This document shows, one piece after another, positions 1 to 10,214 of a stretch of 64,000 nt of DNA. Below the pieces are notes generated by a model. It ran no database searches and was not told the origin of the DNA. It saw nothing but the letters and a program-made list of their open reading frames with translations. Positions within the stretch are counted from its first letter, which is position 1. The number at the start of each line of letters is the position of its first letter. A program made the position numbers and the translations under genes. Origin of the DNA: Hyphochytrium catenoides (taxonomy: Eukaryota; Protista; Hyphochytriomycota); NCBI GenBank assembly GCA_900088475.1, contig FLMG01002125.1, positions 40,359 through 104,358 on the forward strand, read 5' to 3'.

Positions 1-427
1 TGCCTCTTTCCAGAAAGGATTGATGTGGGAGCCGTACATAGAACTAGAAGTATGTCATCAGTTCTATGAGTTTCACCTCGTCCTTTCTTCCCTTCTTCTG
101 TCGACTGCCAGTCAACTGTCTCGGCGAACTGCCAAGAGCTGTTTGACGGGGTGTTGGCCACTTTCCCAAGAAGTCGTTCCAAGGGAGTCATGGAAGAGAA
201 CTGCTCTCAGACATCGTTTTGCTTGTCCTTGGAGGCACAGCAAAGTGGAAGTATAGAGTAGTAGTTTACAGTCCTATTGCCGCCCGTGCAGTCATTTGGC
301 ACGAGTGCTGCAGCCGCAGCGCTGACTTGGTTATTACTGCGAGAAGTAGGAGTGGCTGGCAGGATCATTTATTGGGGGTGTACTGACTGAGGTGCTCGCG
401 ACGCAAAATCAGTCGAGGTCTTGGAGG

Positions 428-1876
428 ATGTTCACGCATCTTCGATGGGTTGAGTCTGCTCTGTTGGGCTTCATTGCCTTCTCGGTATTATGGAACTACT
501 ATTTGGTGATACCAGCGAAAGCATCCCTTGTGGCTCATTGGCTACTAGAGAAGCCGAGATGGCAACTCGCACCAGCGTATAGTGCCGCAATCCTTCTCGC
601 TTTCCTCCCGCTGACAGCGAACAGTGCAGCCTATACCTGGATCTCAGTATTTATCATCCTGTTGTTGCTGGCCAGTGCAACTCTTGCCTACCTCACCCCA
701 CTCTTCACTCTCCCTACGCTATCTGGTCCGTGGAAGGTTGGCACTGTTGATATTGAGACGGTAGATGGCTCGAGGCCCATGTGGGTAAATGACGAAGACG
801 CTCAGCACCGCAGGTTTCGGGCACAGCTGTGGTATCCGACCATGGACGGAGATGGTCCCAGGGCTCCTTACTGGCCTCACCTGGCTTTGCGAGGTCCCGC
901 TGCAGCCAGGGACACAGGAATGCCGTGGTATGTGTTCAACCACTTTAACCTTATTGAGTCGAGGTCATTCTTGGGTGCGCATCCTCTTTCCCAAGATAGC
1001 AAGCCTCTTCCAGTCATTGTTTTTTCACATGGATACACAGGCTCTCCTTATCAGTCAACTATGCTATGTGAAGATCTAGCCTCACATGGGTTTATAGTTG
1101 TTGCTGTGGAGCACACCTGCGACTCCACGTTGACAGTTTTCAGAGATGGCTCCACGGTGCCTTTCCGCGGAATGGAAGAGTTTCCTGAGCAGGATGAGAA
1201 GAAGCGAGGATACAGGCGAAAGCAGGCAGGGATACGATCTCGAGACTTGAGCCACATGATAGATCTCCTTAGTGAGATGAACTTGACGAGTCCGTTATGG
1301 AAAGGAAAGATTGACCTAGATCGTATCGGAGTGATGGGGCATAGTTTTGGAGGCTGCACGGCGATTCTCACTGCGTACCAGGACCCAAGAGTTCGCGCTT
1401 GTGTCTCGCTTGATGGATGGCTATGGCCTCTGCCAGAGTTCCTCATCGAAACGGAGACGCAAGACGCGAAGTACGAGAACAAGCAGCATATCAGTAGGCC
1501 CATCATGCTCTTCGATGCTCCCTGCTTCTTAGGAGAAAGAGAGGAGTACTCCAAGCATAACAGGAAGCACGGAGAGAACCTTTTGAGGCGTAGTGGCAGA
1601 CGCAGCTTCAAGGGCGTTGTGGCCAATAGCCGCCATCATGACTTTTGTGATGTGAGCTTTATGGCACCAAAGCTCACACGCTTGATGGACTTGACGGGCT
1701 TTCCGGATGGTTATTTGATGCAGAAGCTGATGTTAGACTACGTTCTGGCATTCTTCAATGAGACTGTTGCAGAGAGAACTCTGGGCAATGCACCCACACT
1801 TGATACAGTGCACAAGCGCTACACTCAAGTTGTTATTCAAGACCCCAAAAGCAGCGTTGCGGCGCAAGGCTCATAG
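428..1876 (+). CDS. PAF-acetylhydrolase-like alpha/beta hydrolase with N-terminal transmembrane helices (paralog 1), intronless
   Basis: Uninterrupted ORF (track starts 392; first ATG 428). Motifs VIVFSHG, LASHGFIVVAVEH, nucleophile elbow GHSFGG, LDGW (Asp), RHHDF (His). Hydrophobic N-terminal ~90 aa. Confidence 0.85.
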   Translation: MFTHLRWVESALLGFIAFSVLWNYYLVIPAKASLVAHWLLEKPRWQLAPAYSAAILLAFLPLTANSAAYTWISVFIILLLLASATLAYLTPLFTLPTLSGPWKVGTVDIETVDGSRPMWVNDEDAQHRRFRAQLWYPTMDGDGPRAPYWPHLALRGPAAARDTGMPWYVFNHFNLIESRSFLGAHPLSQDSKPLPVIVFSHGYTGSPYQSTMLCEDLASHGFIVVAVEHTCDSTLTVFRDGSTVPFRGMEEFPEQDEKKRGYRRKQAGIRSRDLSHMIDLLSEMNLTSPLWKGKIDLDRIGVMGHSFGGCTAILTAYQDPRVRACVSLDGWLWPLPEFLIETETQDAKYENKQHISRPIMLFDAPCFLGEREEYSKHNRKHGENLLRRSGRRSFKGVVANSRHHDFCDVSFMAPKLTRLMDLTGFPDGYLMQKLMLDYVLAFFNETVAERTLGNAPTLDTVHKRYTQVVIQDPKSSVAAQGS

Positions 1877-2630
1877 ATTCTGATGAGGTCCATGCAATCC
1901 GGTACTATTTTCTGGAGTATATCTAAAGCACAGATGGCTTTTGACAGCACCCTAGTCCTACTGCTCTTGAGAAATTCTCTAGACACAGATATCTACCTGC
2001 ACGGCTTGCCACCATCATGTCCACATGTTTTTATTGGGACCCTATACAAACAATGGACAAACGTCTCATCTTCAACAACTTTCAAGAGATCTTCATTATT
2101 CATAGCCCTTATCCAATCTAGTAGGCTGACCTCGCCTGTTGGAGAAAGACAGACCTTTCGCTATCTTCTCTCTTATCTGTCCGTAGACGAGTAGTCTCTA
2201 ATAATAGCAGCGGATTGATGGGCAAACATCATCAACATCGATCAACAAGAAGAGGTCCTCTCTAACAATCGCCAAGGAATAATAAGAAGAAATATACAAG
2301 AATAATGAGAGAAAAGAACAACTTATTCAAACTCGTATCTAACCACCGTTGCCCGAAAATAAGGATGTCATAAGTCATAGATCATAAAGATAAGGGGCTT
2401 GTCCCCTTTTCGCTGGTGGTGATACTACTCGTACTAGAAGAACTTTTGCCTAATCTCCTTTGACAATCCGAAAGAAAGAAGAAAGTTGCGGCACGCGGTA
2501 CAAATATGACTGATCAATTCGTTGTTGCTCTCGCTCTAGGCGCTAAGGCGTATGCACAGGTGATCAAGACATCAACATCATCAACAGCAGCAGCCAAGCA
2601 AGTGCGCTGCGCTGGAGTAGCGCTGCAGTT

Positions 2631-2780
2631 CATGACCCGGCGGCATAGAGGTGCCTCAACAACCGAGAGAGGCACTGCTGCTAAAGGTCCGGCTTGGTGT
2701 CTTCTCATAACCCGGCGGCATAGAGGTGCCTCAACAACCGAGAGAGGCACTGCTGCTACAGGTCCGGCTTGGTGTCTTCT
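2631..2780. repeat. Near-perfect 75-bp tandem duplication
   Basis: Units 2631-2705 and 2706-2780 (CAT(G/A)ACCCGGCGGCATAGAGGTGCC...GGTGTCTTCT) differ at about 2 positions. Confidence 0.95.
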
Positions 2781-2830
2781 GCATCTCACTCTAGTAGTAC
2801 GTTCCATTGCCAGGAAACCAAGTAGAGAAT

Positions 2831-4276
2831 ATGATGTTTACAAAGCTGCGGCCATTGGAGGTTGCTTTGCTGGCGTTCGTCGGGCTTTCGGTAGCTTGGA
2901 ACTACTATCTGATAATACCTGCCAAGGCGGTAGCCGTAATGCATTGGATAATAGAGACACCAAGATGGCAGATGGTGCCAGCGTATGTTGCGACGGTCCT
3001 CTTAGCGTTTTGGCCTCTGTCAGCCAACAGCCTCGCGTATATCATACTAGAGAAGACCATCCTGGTCCTTCTAGTCGGCAGTGCGGTTATTGCCTATCTC
3101 ATTCCGCTTTTTGTCCTCCCTTCACTTTCGGGTCCATGGAAGGTTGGCACAACAGATATTGAAAGTGTTGATAACTCTCGACCTATGTGGATGGATGACC
3201 AAGAGGCTCAAAGACGCCGGATTCGTGCCCAACTTTGGTACCCCACTCAGGACGAACAAGGTGCGAGAGCTCCTTACTGGCCAAACCTAGAGATGCGCGG
3301 ACCAGCGGCCGCAAAGGTGGGGAATCAGCCTTGGTTTGTCTTCAACCATCTCAACCTCATAAAGGCACGGGCTACGATTGAAGCATACCCTGCTGCTCAG
3401 AGACAAAGTAAGCCATTCCCAGTGATAGTATTCAGCCATGGTTATACTGGCTCTCCATATCTCTCTACAATGCTTTGCGAAGACCTCGCTTCTCATGGTT
3501 ATCTAGTGGTAGCAGTCGAGCACCCATGCGACTCCACAATGACCGTGTTCAGTGATGGCTCTACCATGCCGTTCAGAGGGGTTGAGGGATTTCCAGCGCA
3601 GATGGAAGCTAAGAGACTGTACAGAAGGAAGCAGGCCACCATACGTTTCCATGATGTAAAGCATATTCTTGATATTCTGGAGAAGCTGAACGGCGAGGAT
3701 CCAACATGGAGAGGAAAAATCGATCTTGATCGCATTGGGGTGATGGGACATAGCTTTGGAGGATGTACTGCTATTCTTGCCGCCTATGAAGATCCCAGAG
3801 TCAAGGCTTGCGTGGGCTTGGACGCCTGGCTTTGGCCTCTTCCAGAGCTTCTTACAGAACCAGAGGCACCAAGTGGCCAAACGGTGGAGAAGCCTTACAT
3901 AGCTAAGCCTGTCATGCTGTTGGATGCCCCTTGTTTCTTCACAGAGACAGAGGAGCATCACAAGCACAACCGGAGACATGCAGACACCCTTCTAGGACGC
4001 TGTGAAGAGAACAGCCTGAAGGTTGTGATTGCTGGCAGCCGGCACCACGACTACGTAGACATAGGCTTTATGGCACCACTTTTTACTGGTCTTCTCAAGC
4101 TTACAGGCTTTCCTGATGGGTACCTGATGCAGAGGCTGATGTTGGACTTCAGTCTAGCTTTCTTCGGTGATAGATTATTGGATGCGGGAGTGATTGGGTC
4201 AGGGCCTTCACTTGACAAGCTAAGGGAGCGATATCCCCAGGTTACCATCAAATATTCTAAGGGCGGCTTGACCTGA
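2831..4276 (+). CDS. PAF-acetylhydrolase-like alpha/beta hydrolase (paralog 2), intronless
   Basis: Collinear with paralog 1 over its full length; GHSFGG, LDAW, RHHDY; ATG at 2831. Confidence 0.85.
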   Translation: MMFTKLRPLEVALLAFVGLSVAWNYYLIIPAKAVAVMHWIIETPRWQMVPAYVATVLLAFWPLSANSLAYIILEKTILVLLVGSAVIAYLIPLFVLPSLSGPWKVGTTDIESVDNSRPMWMDDQEAQRRRIRAQLWYPTQDEQGARAPYWPNLEMRGPAAAKVGNQPWFVFNHLNLIKARATIEAYPAAQRQSKPFPVIVFSHGYTGSPYLSTMLCEDLASHGYLVVAVEHPCDSTMTVFSDGSTMPFRGVEGFPAQMEAKRLYRRKQATIRFHDVKHILDILEKLNGEDPTWRGKIDLDRIGVMGHSFGGCTAILAAYEDPRVKACVGLDAWLWPLPELLTEPEAPSGQTVEKPYIAKPVMLLDAPCFFTETEEHHKHNRRHADTLLGRCEENSLKVVIAGSRHHDYVDIGFMAPLFTGLLKLTGFPDGYLMQRLMLDFSLAFFGDRLLDAGVIGSGPSLDKLRERYPQVTIKYSKGGLT

Positions 4277-5576
4277 GCAGGTACTTATGAAAGGTACTCA
4301 TTTATCCAAAAACCCACAAGCGCAGTGTGACTGGCTCTTTATTGAGCCTACTATTGGTCTTGCATTAGCCACCATGAGCTCCCTGCAAGTAGAACTCTGC
4401 TTGCCCGGGGCTAGCAGGAAAAATAACTTAAAGGATATAATTGGCGCCAGCTATATTCCATCAATTCATAGCAATGAACAGAGTCAGGAGGGTCAAGGCC
4501 TAAAGCAACTCAGCCCTCATACAATTTTGCTGTTGATAAAATGCTTCATTTAGCAATGTGTCTAGATAGACCGGAGCTAGACCGGAACGAGATGCTCTCC
4601 GCCGTTCCCCAGCCTTCTTTATCTTCCCTTCGCTCTTCTTTGGCAGTACCTCTTGGCGTAGCACGCAGTTCCCTCACTATAATTTCCTTACCCTTCGTCA
4701 AGTCTATTCTGCTATGAGCATCACGGGCAGTGCAGTGTAAATACAAGAGCTGAGGAAGCTATAGATGGGACTGGGAGGTGAGCAATCTCTGTCAAACCTC
4801 CATGAAGCTCTGTGGAAAAAGGTCTTGGATGATGCATCATCAGCCTTCATACGCTTTGGTCTGCGGCCACTATTAGAACTAATATTATTGCCAACTACGA
4901 TGCCTCTGATGAAGGTTGAAGCTCTTCATCATCTATCTTCCTCTCCTTCCCTGCCATCATACAAAATATGAGCTCGTTGTCATGTCCCTACTATTATCGC
5001 AGCCTTATCTCAAAGAGTAAGAATGCGGCCCAAGCAAGTGTATTACTACCTCCACACTGGAGTTTCACATTCCTTCCCCACATGACTTGATGTTCTCATA
5101 CCCCTTTGTGGGCTCTTCAACCTTCCGCTAACGGCCTTATGACCCTAAAAGTATTCCAACCCACAGGTTCTTCTTTATACAGCACTTGAACAAACAATCC
5201 GTAGTTATTCCTCCTTGACTGAAAGCAAAGACGGAAGGAAGAAGGGACACCTGGACAATTGTATTCCCAGATGGGTTGTTCGTCCAAGATCTGTGCTCGG
5301 TGCATACACGCACGCAAAGAACCTCTCAACTCTTCCTCAACATCGACCTTTTACAGTCTTTATGTACCCTCGCTCGTTCAATGGGGCTCTTAGCCATCAT
5401 CAGAGCTCTCTAGCCCTGACGAGCTACGTGCTGTCAAAGAGGTTATTATATGAAAAGAGAGATTGATGGAGACGTGATCAGGGGCAATTGCAACTGGGAA
5501 GACTTGTCATTGCGAAGAGAAAGACCTTTATAGACGAAGGTTTTATAGCCTCGGGCAAGGGCCTCAGTCGAGGAAG

Positions 5577-7145
5577 ATGCGCTCATCGCAAGTGATGAAG
5601 CCTCATACGGCGGTAATGGCAGCGGCCGCTGTCGCCGCGGGACATAGTTGGAAGGTGCTAAGTGTCCCTCCGATGGAAGTTGTGATGCGACAAGAGGCTT
5701 ACTGGGAGGGAGATAGAAAAGACAATAGGCCGAAAGAGCTTGGCTTGTTAGGATCCAATTCTTCAGCGATGTATAAGCGATCACTCCTGTCATCGACGGG
5801 CCCAAGTATGCCACTACCTACACCTTCTACTTGTCCTCGAATTGGGTCAGCGTTGTGGGTAGAAGCGCATCTGTCCGACAAGAAGAGCGACCGAGGGAGA
5901 AAAGCAAAAGATCTCTATGGGTCTGTTCTGCATAGCGACGGAAAACGGCGGCATAGGCTTTGGCAAGAAATCTACCTCAGTCAGCGGTACGATAGCGCTC
6001 TATTAGAGCGAGCAAAGGCAGGAAGAGGCTGCGGAACAGCAGTACCATCTCAGTCTTCCTGCTCTATCGTGGAGGCGAGCTTACCGGAGGCTGCCAAGTC
6101 TGTCGACTCTCGGACTCTTATAAAGTCTTCTCCTGCTACAGAAGCACAAAGTTTGAAAGATAAGTTTCTCGATGAGGACAAAATCGACTTTGGCTTCAGT
6201 GCAGACAACATGATCCAAGGATGTCCAGGTGCCATTGTTCCCAACACCTCAACAACCATCCCCTTCGAAAATGAGCATTTTAAGGGTCAAGTCTTGCTCC
6301 TTGTCCGGCCAAATGCTCTTAGAGAGAAGGTAGCAAATATAAAGAACTTGTCTTCCGCGGATGAAGAAGTGGAGAGCATGGAACAGGAGAGTCGATGGAA
6401 GGGACATTTTGATGGGACAAAGCTTCAGTTCCGCATTCGGATGCAGTTTGAATTCAAGTCTCAACCCAAGAGTGCCATATATTTTGGTGTAGAAGCTCCT
6501 AAGGAGATTCCTATGGGCTTCTGGGTGCGACAAACCGTCAACTTTCTCTTTATGGTGCTCAAACAGCTCCACCCCGATGCCGAGTACGGCTTAGGGAGAG
6601 AGCTGAGTTCAGGAAAGGAAGAACTAGAGGCCGATGCTCTTCCTCATGTTCTCTTCCCTCTCTGGAGGGTTAGTGACGACCTAGTGGTCACTCCTCCAGG
6701 AGAAAGGGCACCTGACATCACTTCGATAGAGCTTCCAGAAAGAGAGGAGCACAGAGCGGAGAGGCAAAGACACCGAGGGAAGAACCCGATGTTTAAACAG
6801 GGTTACATCTACACAATGGAGTTCAACTCAGCCTTCGTAGACATCATTAATTGGAAGCTGGTTAACATTCCTGGAATCAAGGATCATCCTTTGCGTTCAA
6901 TATGGGGAGAAATGCCAATACGGCTGGTGGCATACGAGCTAGAAGAGCAAGAAGATGGAAGCAGAAGGAAGAACTACTATCTCTCTTATGGTCTTTCTCA
7001 TAGGGAGACCGTGGATCTCAAGGAGACAGAGAGAGCAAAGACTCCCTCCTCCACTCCTTCTGTTAGACGACGCCGGCCCTCAGTAGTGGCCCCCACGAGA
7101 CTAGAGGAGGAGTTAGAGATACTGCTAGAACCACTTACAGTATAA
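5577..7145 (+). CDS. DUF1769-family protein, intronless
   Basis: 522-aa ORF; C-terminal half has IPFENEHFKGQVLLLVRP, F.G..LQFRIRMQ, IYFGVE and YTMEFNSAFVDIINWKLVNIPG, matching my recollection of DUF1769. Start codon uncertain. Confidence 0.65.
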   Translation: MRSSQVMKPHTAVMAAAAVAAGHSWKVLSVPPMEVVMRQEAYWEGDRKDNRPKELGLLGSNSSAMYKRSLLSSTGPSMPLPTPSTCPRIGSALWVEAHLSDKKSDRGRKAKDLYGSVLHSDGKRRHRLWQEIYLSQRYDSALLERAKAGRGCGTAVPSQSSCSIVEASLPEAAKSVDSRTLIKSSPATEAQSLKDKFLDEDKIDFGFSADNMIQGCPGAIVPNTSTTIPFENEHFKGQVLLLVRPNALREKVANIKNLSSADEEVESMEQESRWKGHFDGTKLQFRIRMQFEFKSQPKSAIYFGVEAPKEIPMGFWVRQTVNFLFMVLKQLHPDAEYGLGRELSSGKEELEADALPHVLFPLWRVSDDLVVTPPGERAPDITSIELPEREEHRAERQRHRGKNPMFKQGYIYTMEFNSAFVDIINWKLVNIPGIKDHPLRSIWGEMPIRLVAYELEEQEDGSRRKNYYLSYGLSHRETVDLKETERAKTPSSTPSVRRRRPSVVAPTRLEEELEILLEPLTV

Positions 7146-7215
7146 GTAGGGCTTCTCTTCTGGATTTCTGTCAACGTTGGCTTTGCAAGCCTCGATGCGT
7201 TCGTTTAGAGATAGA

Positions 7216-8993
7216 CTAGATATTACTTCTCGTCCTGACATAGTGGCTAAACTTCCGAACGTTGTCAAGATCAATGGCGGACGGAATGACGGTGTCGCTA
7301 CTGCCAATAATAAACATCACTGTCTGCGCGACGTCCTCTACTTGAATCATGAGCTCCGCCGAGACCACTTCCCCTTTCCCAGCTCTAGGCTTCACTCCAA
7401 GCTCTGAGTGAAAGGTCAAGAAAATGCCAAAGTTAGGGAATCTGAAACGGCAGCGACAGGTTGAAATCGAAGTGCTAAGAGGGAAAACCGTCCGCGGGCA
7501 CTTCAGCGGTTTATCGGGCAACAAGAGGCATGAAGTCATATTGAAACAACATCAGGCCATTTCGTATCAGAAGAGAAAACACACAGGCTTCCCAGTAGCA
7601 CAGCAAGTTGCAGCTAAGTACTTGGCGCCAGTGAAGCCTATGACTGCAGATAGGAGAGATTGTTTGGGCAGTCGGCTTACCGGTGTTAACTAGGTTGGCG
7701 TTGATGGTACAAGTCTTGATATTGAGACCACCCTCCAGAATGTCAAACATTACAGAGTTTGAGAAGGCAAGAAGGCCATGTTTCGATGCTGCGTAGGACG
7801 CTAGACCGGGACTTCCTCTGGTTCTGCTCGCGACAGAGCCCATAAAGATAATGACTCCCCTCTTAGCGCCGTAGCAGCTCTTTCTCATGTGTGCAAGGGC
7901 ATAAGCTGTGGTTGCCATGCTGCCTTTCAGATTGATGTCCAGCAACCGAGCCCAGACCTTTGGGTCGGCGTCCAGAGAGGTGCGTCGTCTGTTAATACCA
8001 GCCTGGAAGAGGACAGGGTGGCACATTAGTAAGAACAGCCAAGCTATATGACTTTGTTTGTCCGTGAGACACTGGCAAATGCGCTCTCGAGGTTAGAAGC
8101 ACGGGAGCCACATAAGGCTAAGATAACAAGGAAGAGAAGAATCACAGGGCTTTCATATGATGTCCGAGTATTCCCAGCTCATTCAATCGATTGCCAAAGC
8201 ACAACAAAATACTCCGCCGTAAGAATGCATTGACAGCCCCATAAAAGCTCCAGACGCCGTTGCTGCACCGCAAAACACGTACGCTGTTGATAACTATGGT
8301 CAAGTCTCCCAACTCACGCACACAGCGCTCCACTGCTGTTCTAACAGCATCGTCGTTGGTCACATCAGCCACAATGGTAATAACTTGACGCTCGGTCAAT
8401 AGCTTGCCTGCTACGGCGAGGCACTGTTGTCGTGTTTCCCTTAGGGCCTCTTCCGAAGTAGCAAGAAGCGCAAGCTTGCATCCTACCATCATATACGGGG
8501 GTTGAGCTTTTGACAAATGGGCAGAAGAGTACGTGACTAGATTAGTAGTTCGGGCAAAGAGAGTGTGACTATCGAAGATAGGCTACGACAGGATCGCCAT
8601 AGGACCCCTAAGAGGAAAGATCAAAAAGAAACATCGGATGGTAGGAGCCCTTTCACAAAGCAGATTGTTCCGATACCTTCTTTGGCCAAGCGGACGGCAA
8701 CTCCTCTGTGGCGGACATAATGACATTAGAAGGCAACAAACACAAGAAATGGCATAAAGCGCGTAAGAGGAAAGGTACCACGGCAATAGTGCAATTCTAG
8801 ATGCAGATTCACTATCACAGGTTGACGAGGATAGGGCCGAAATGAGACTCTGAGTGATGATGATGAATGGACATGGTGCAGAAAGGGTCCTAACTCTAGG
8901 CTCCTACCTGCCAATTCCTCTGCTAGCACCAGTTACAAGTGCAACATCACCGGGACGGATAGTCAGGTTCGAAAACCTGGTCTGAGGTGCCAT
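7216..8993 (-). CDS. Classical short-chain dehydrogenase/reductase (spliced)
   Basis: Exons read MAPQTRFSNLTIRPGDVALVTGASRGIGR | GVAVRLAKEG | ...ADVT...VINS | AGI...INLKG...GSVAS...YAASKHG...LVNT | ELGVKP...IQVEDVAQTV...RSNI*. TGxxxGIG and YxxxK motifs; GT-AG introns. Confidence 0.9.
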
Positions 8994-10214
8994 GGAGATA
9001 GACTTGGTGATGCGTCAAAGAAACTTCAAGCCTCCGAGTGGATCATCAAAGTCTTCTCTCGTCCTCTATGGGGGAGAATGAATAACGGTCTGTCCCTCGC
9101 TCAGCTGGAAGCGCGCGAGGCAAAGCTATCTGCCTTAAATCTTTCGAGGCGATCTTCTCTATCCTCTCCCGTCTGCTTCTTTCTTAATGCAGTGAAGCAC
9201 TGAGCACTTTACTTCTATGTGGCGCGGCTTCGGCTCTGAGCTCAACCCGACAGCCATGCCAAGCCTTCTTCCTCTTTGCCTTCGTTTGATGCCTGGTGAG
9301 CCAGGTCTCGGCGTCTTCAGCTGCGGACCTGACGAGCAGCCCTTGCCTTTATGCTCTTCAACCCAGCCATTCGTCAACGGCTACGGCGATTAGGGCCGCT
9401 AACCGCTATGATTGGAGCAGCTTGTGTAAGGGTGACGACGACGACGCACATACGCACACAAGTAGCTATCTCTGCCAAAAAATAACGGCAAATAGCAGGC
9501 TCTTCAACACAACGACACAGCATAATTTGCAAAGGCTGAAATATCGTAGAGTACGGAACTCTTGTGACTTAGCGGTGCGACTGTTTTGTCGAAAAAGACA
9601 ATATAAGGTCTCAATTTTGGCGTATATTTGTAAATTCATTACTACCAAATGGGAATTATTGGCGATAGGTTATTGTCCTGTCTCAGTCTCTGGGTTCTGG
9701 GCCTGGTCATCAGAGATTCGAGATGAGTGGAGATTCAGTGCTGCTTTGCTGTGGACTTGTATGACCACTGATGCCTACTCCGATCGCCGGCAGAGTCCTG
9801 GTATGGAAGGAAACTCCAGCGCGCAATGAGGAATCTCCCAGGATAAGGAGGAGGCACCAGATGAGACGGCAGAGGACAAAGGATAGAGAGAGAGAGAGAT
9901 AGAAGACACAACTGGTCGTGTGGACAAAGGAGGTAGAGCTCTCCCACGACAGCCGAGAGGGGGCACTTGGAGGAGAAGACACATCCTGTGGCCTGTCTTT
10001 TGCCTCCCATCTTTCTCTCTTCCTCCTCGCTTTTGCACGGCCGGCAGGCAGCGCCGGCCCTCGACATAACCTTTGCAGCTCTTAAGCAAACGGTACAGTC
10101 CTGACTGCTTCTGTACTTGTCGACCCATCTCATCGGCGGCAAGGTTTGCCCAAACCTTCAGGCGACCATAAGCGTCGACGCTTGGTGAGAGGACCTCATC
10201 CATAGGCTCACGAA

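Noticed and set aside
1877-2194. In-frame ORF after the esterase-1 stop (readthrough)
   Set aside because: Paralog 2 ends at essentially the same position and the extension has no recognisable features; likely chance.
2506-3162. 218-aa ORF with a duplicated peptide
   Set aside because: It results from the 75-bp duplication plus an alternative frame of esterase 2.
8960-8992. tRNA T-arm-like CAGGTTCGAAAACCTG
   Set aside because: Loop geometry is wrong, there is no cloverleaf, and it lies in the first SDR exon on the opposite strand.
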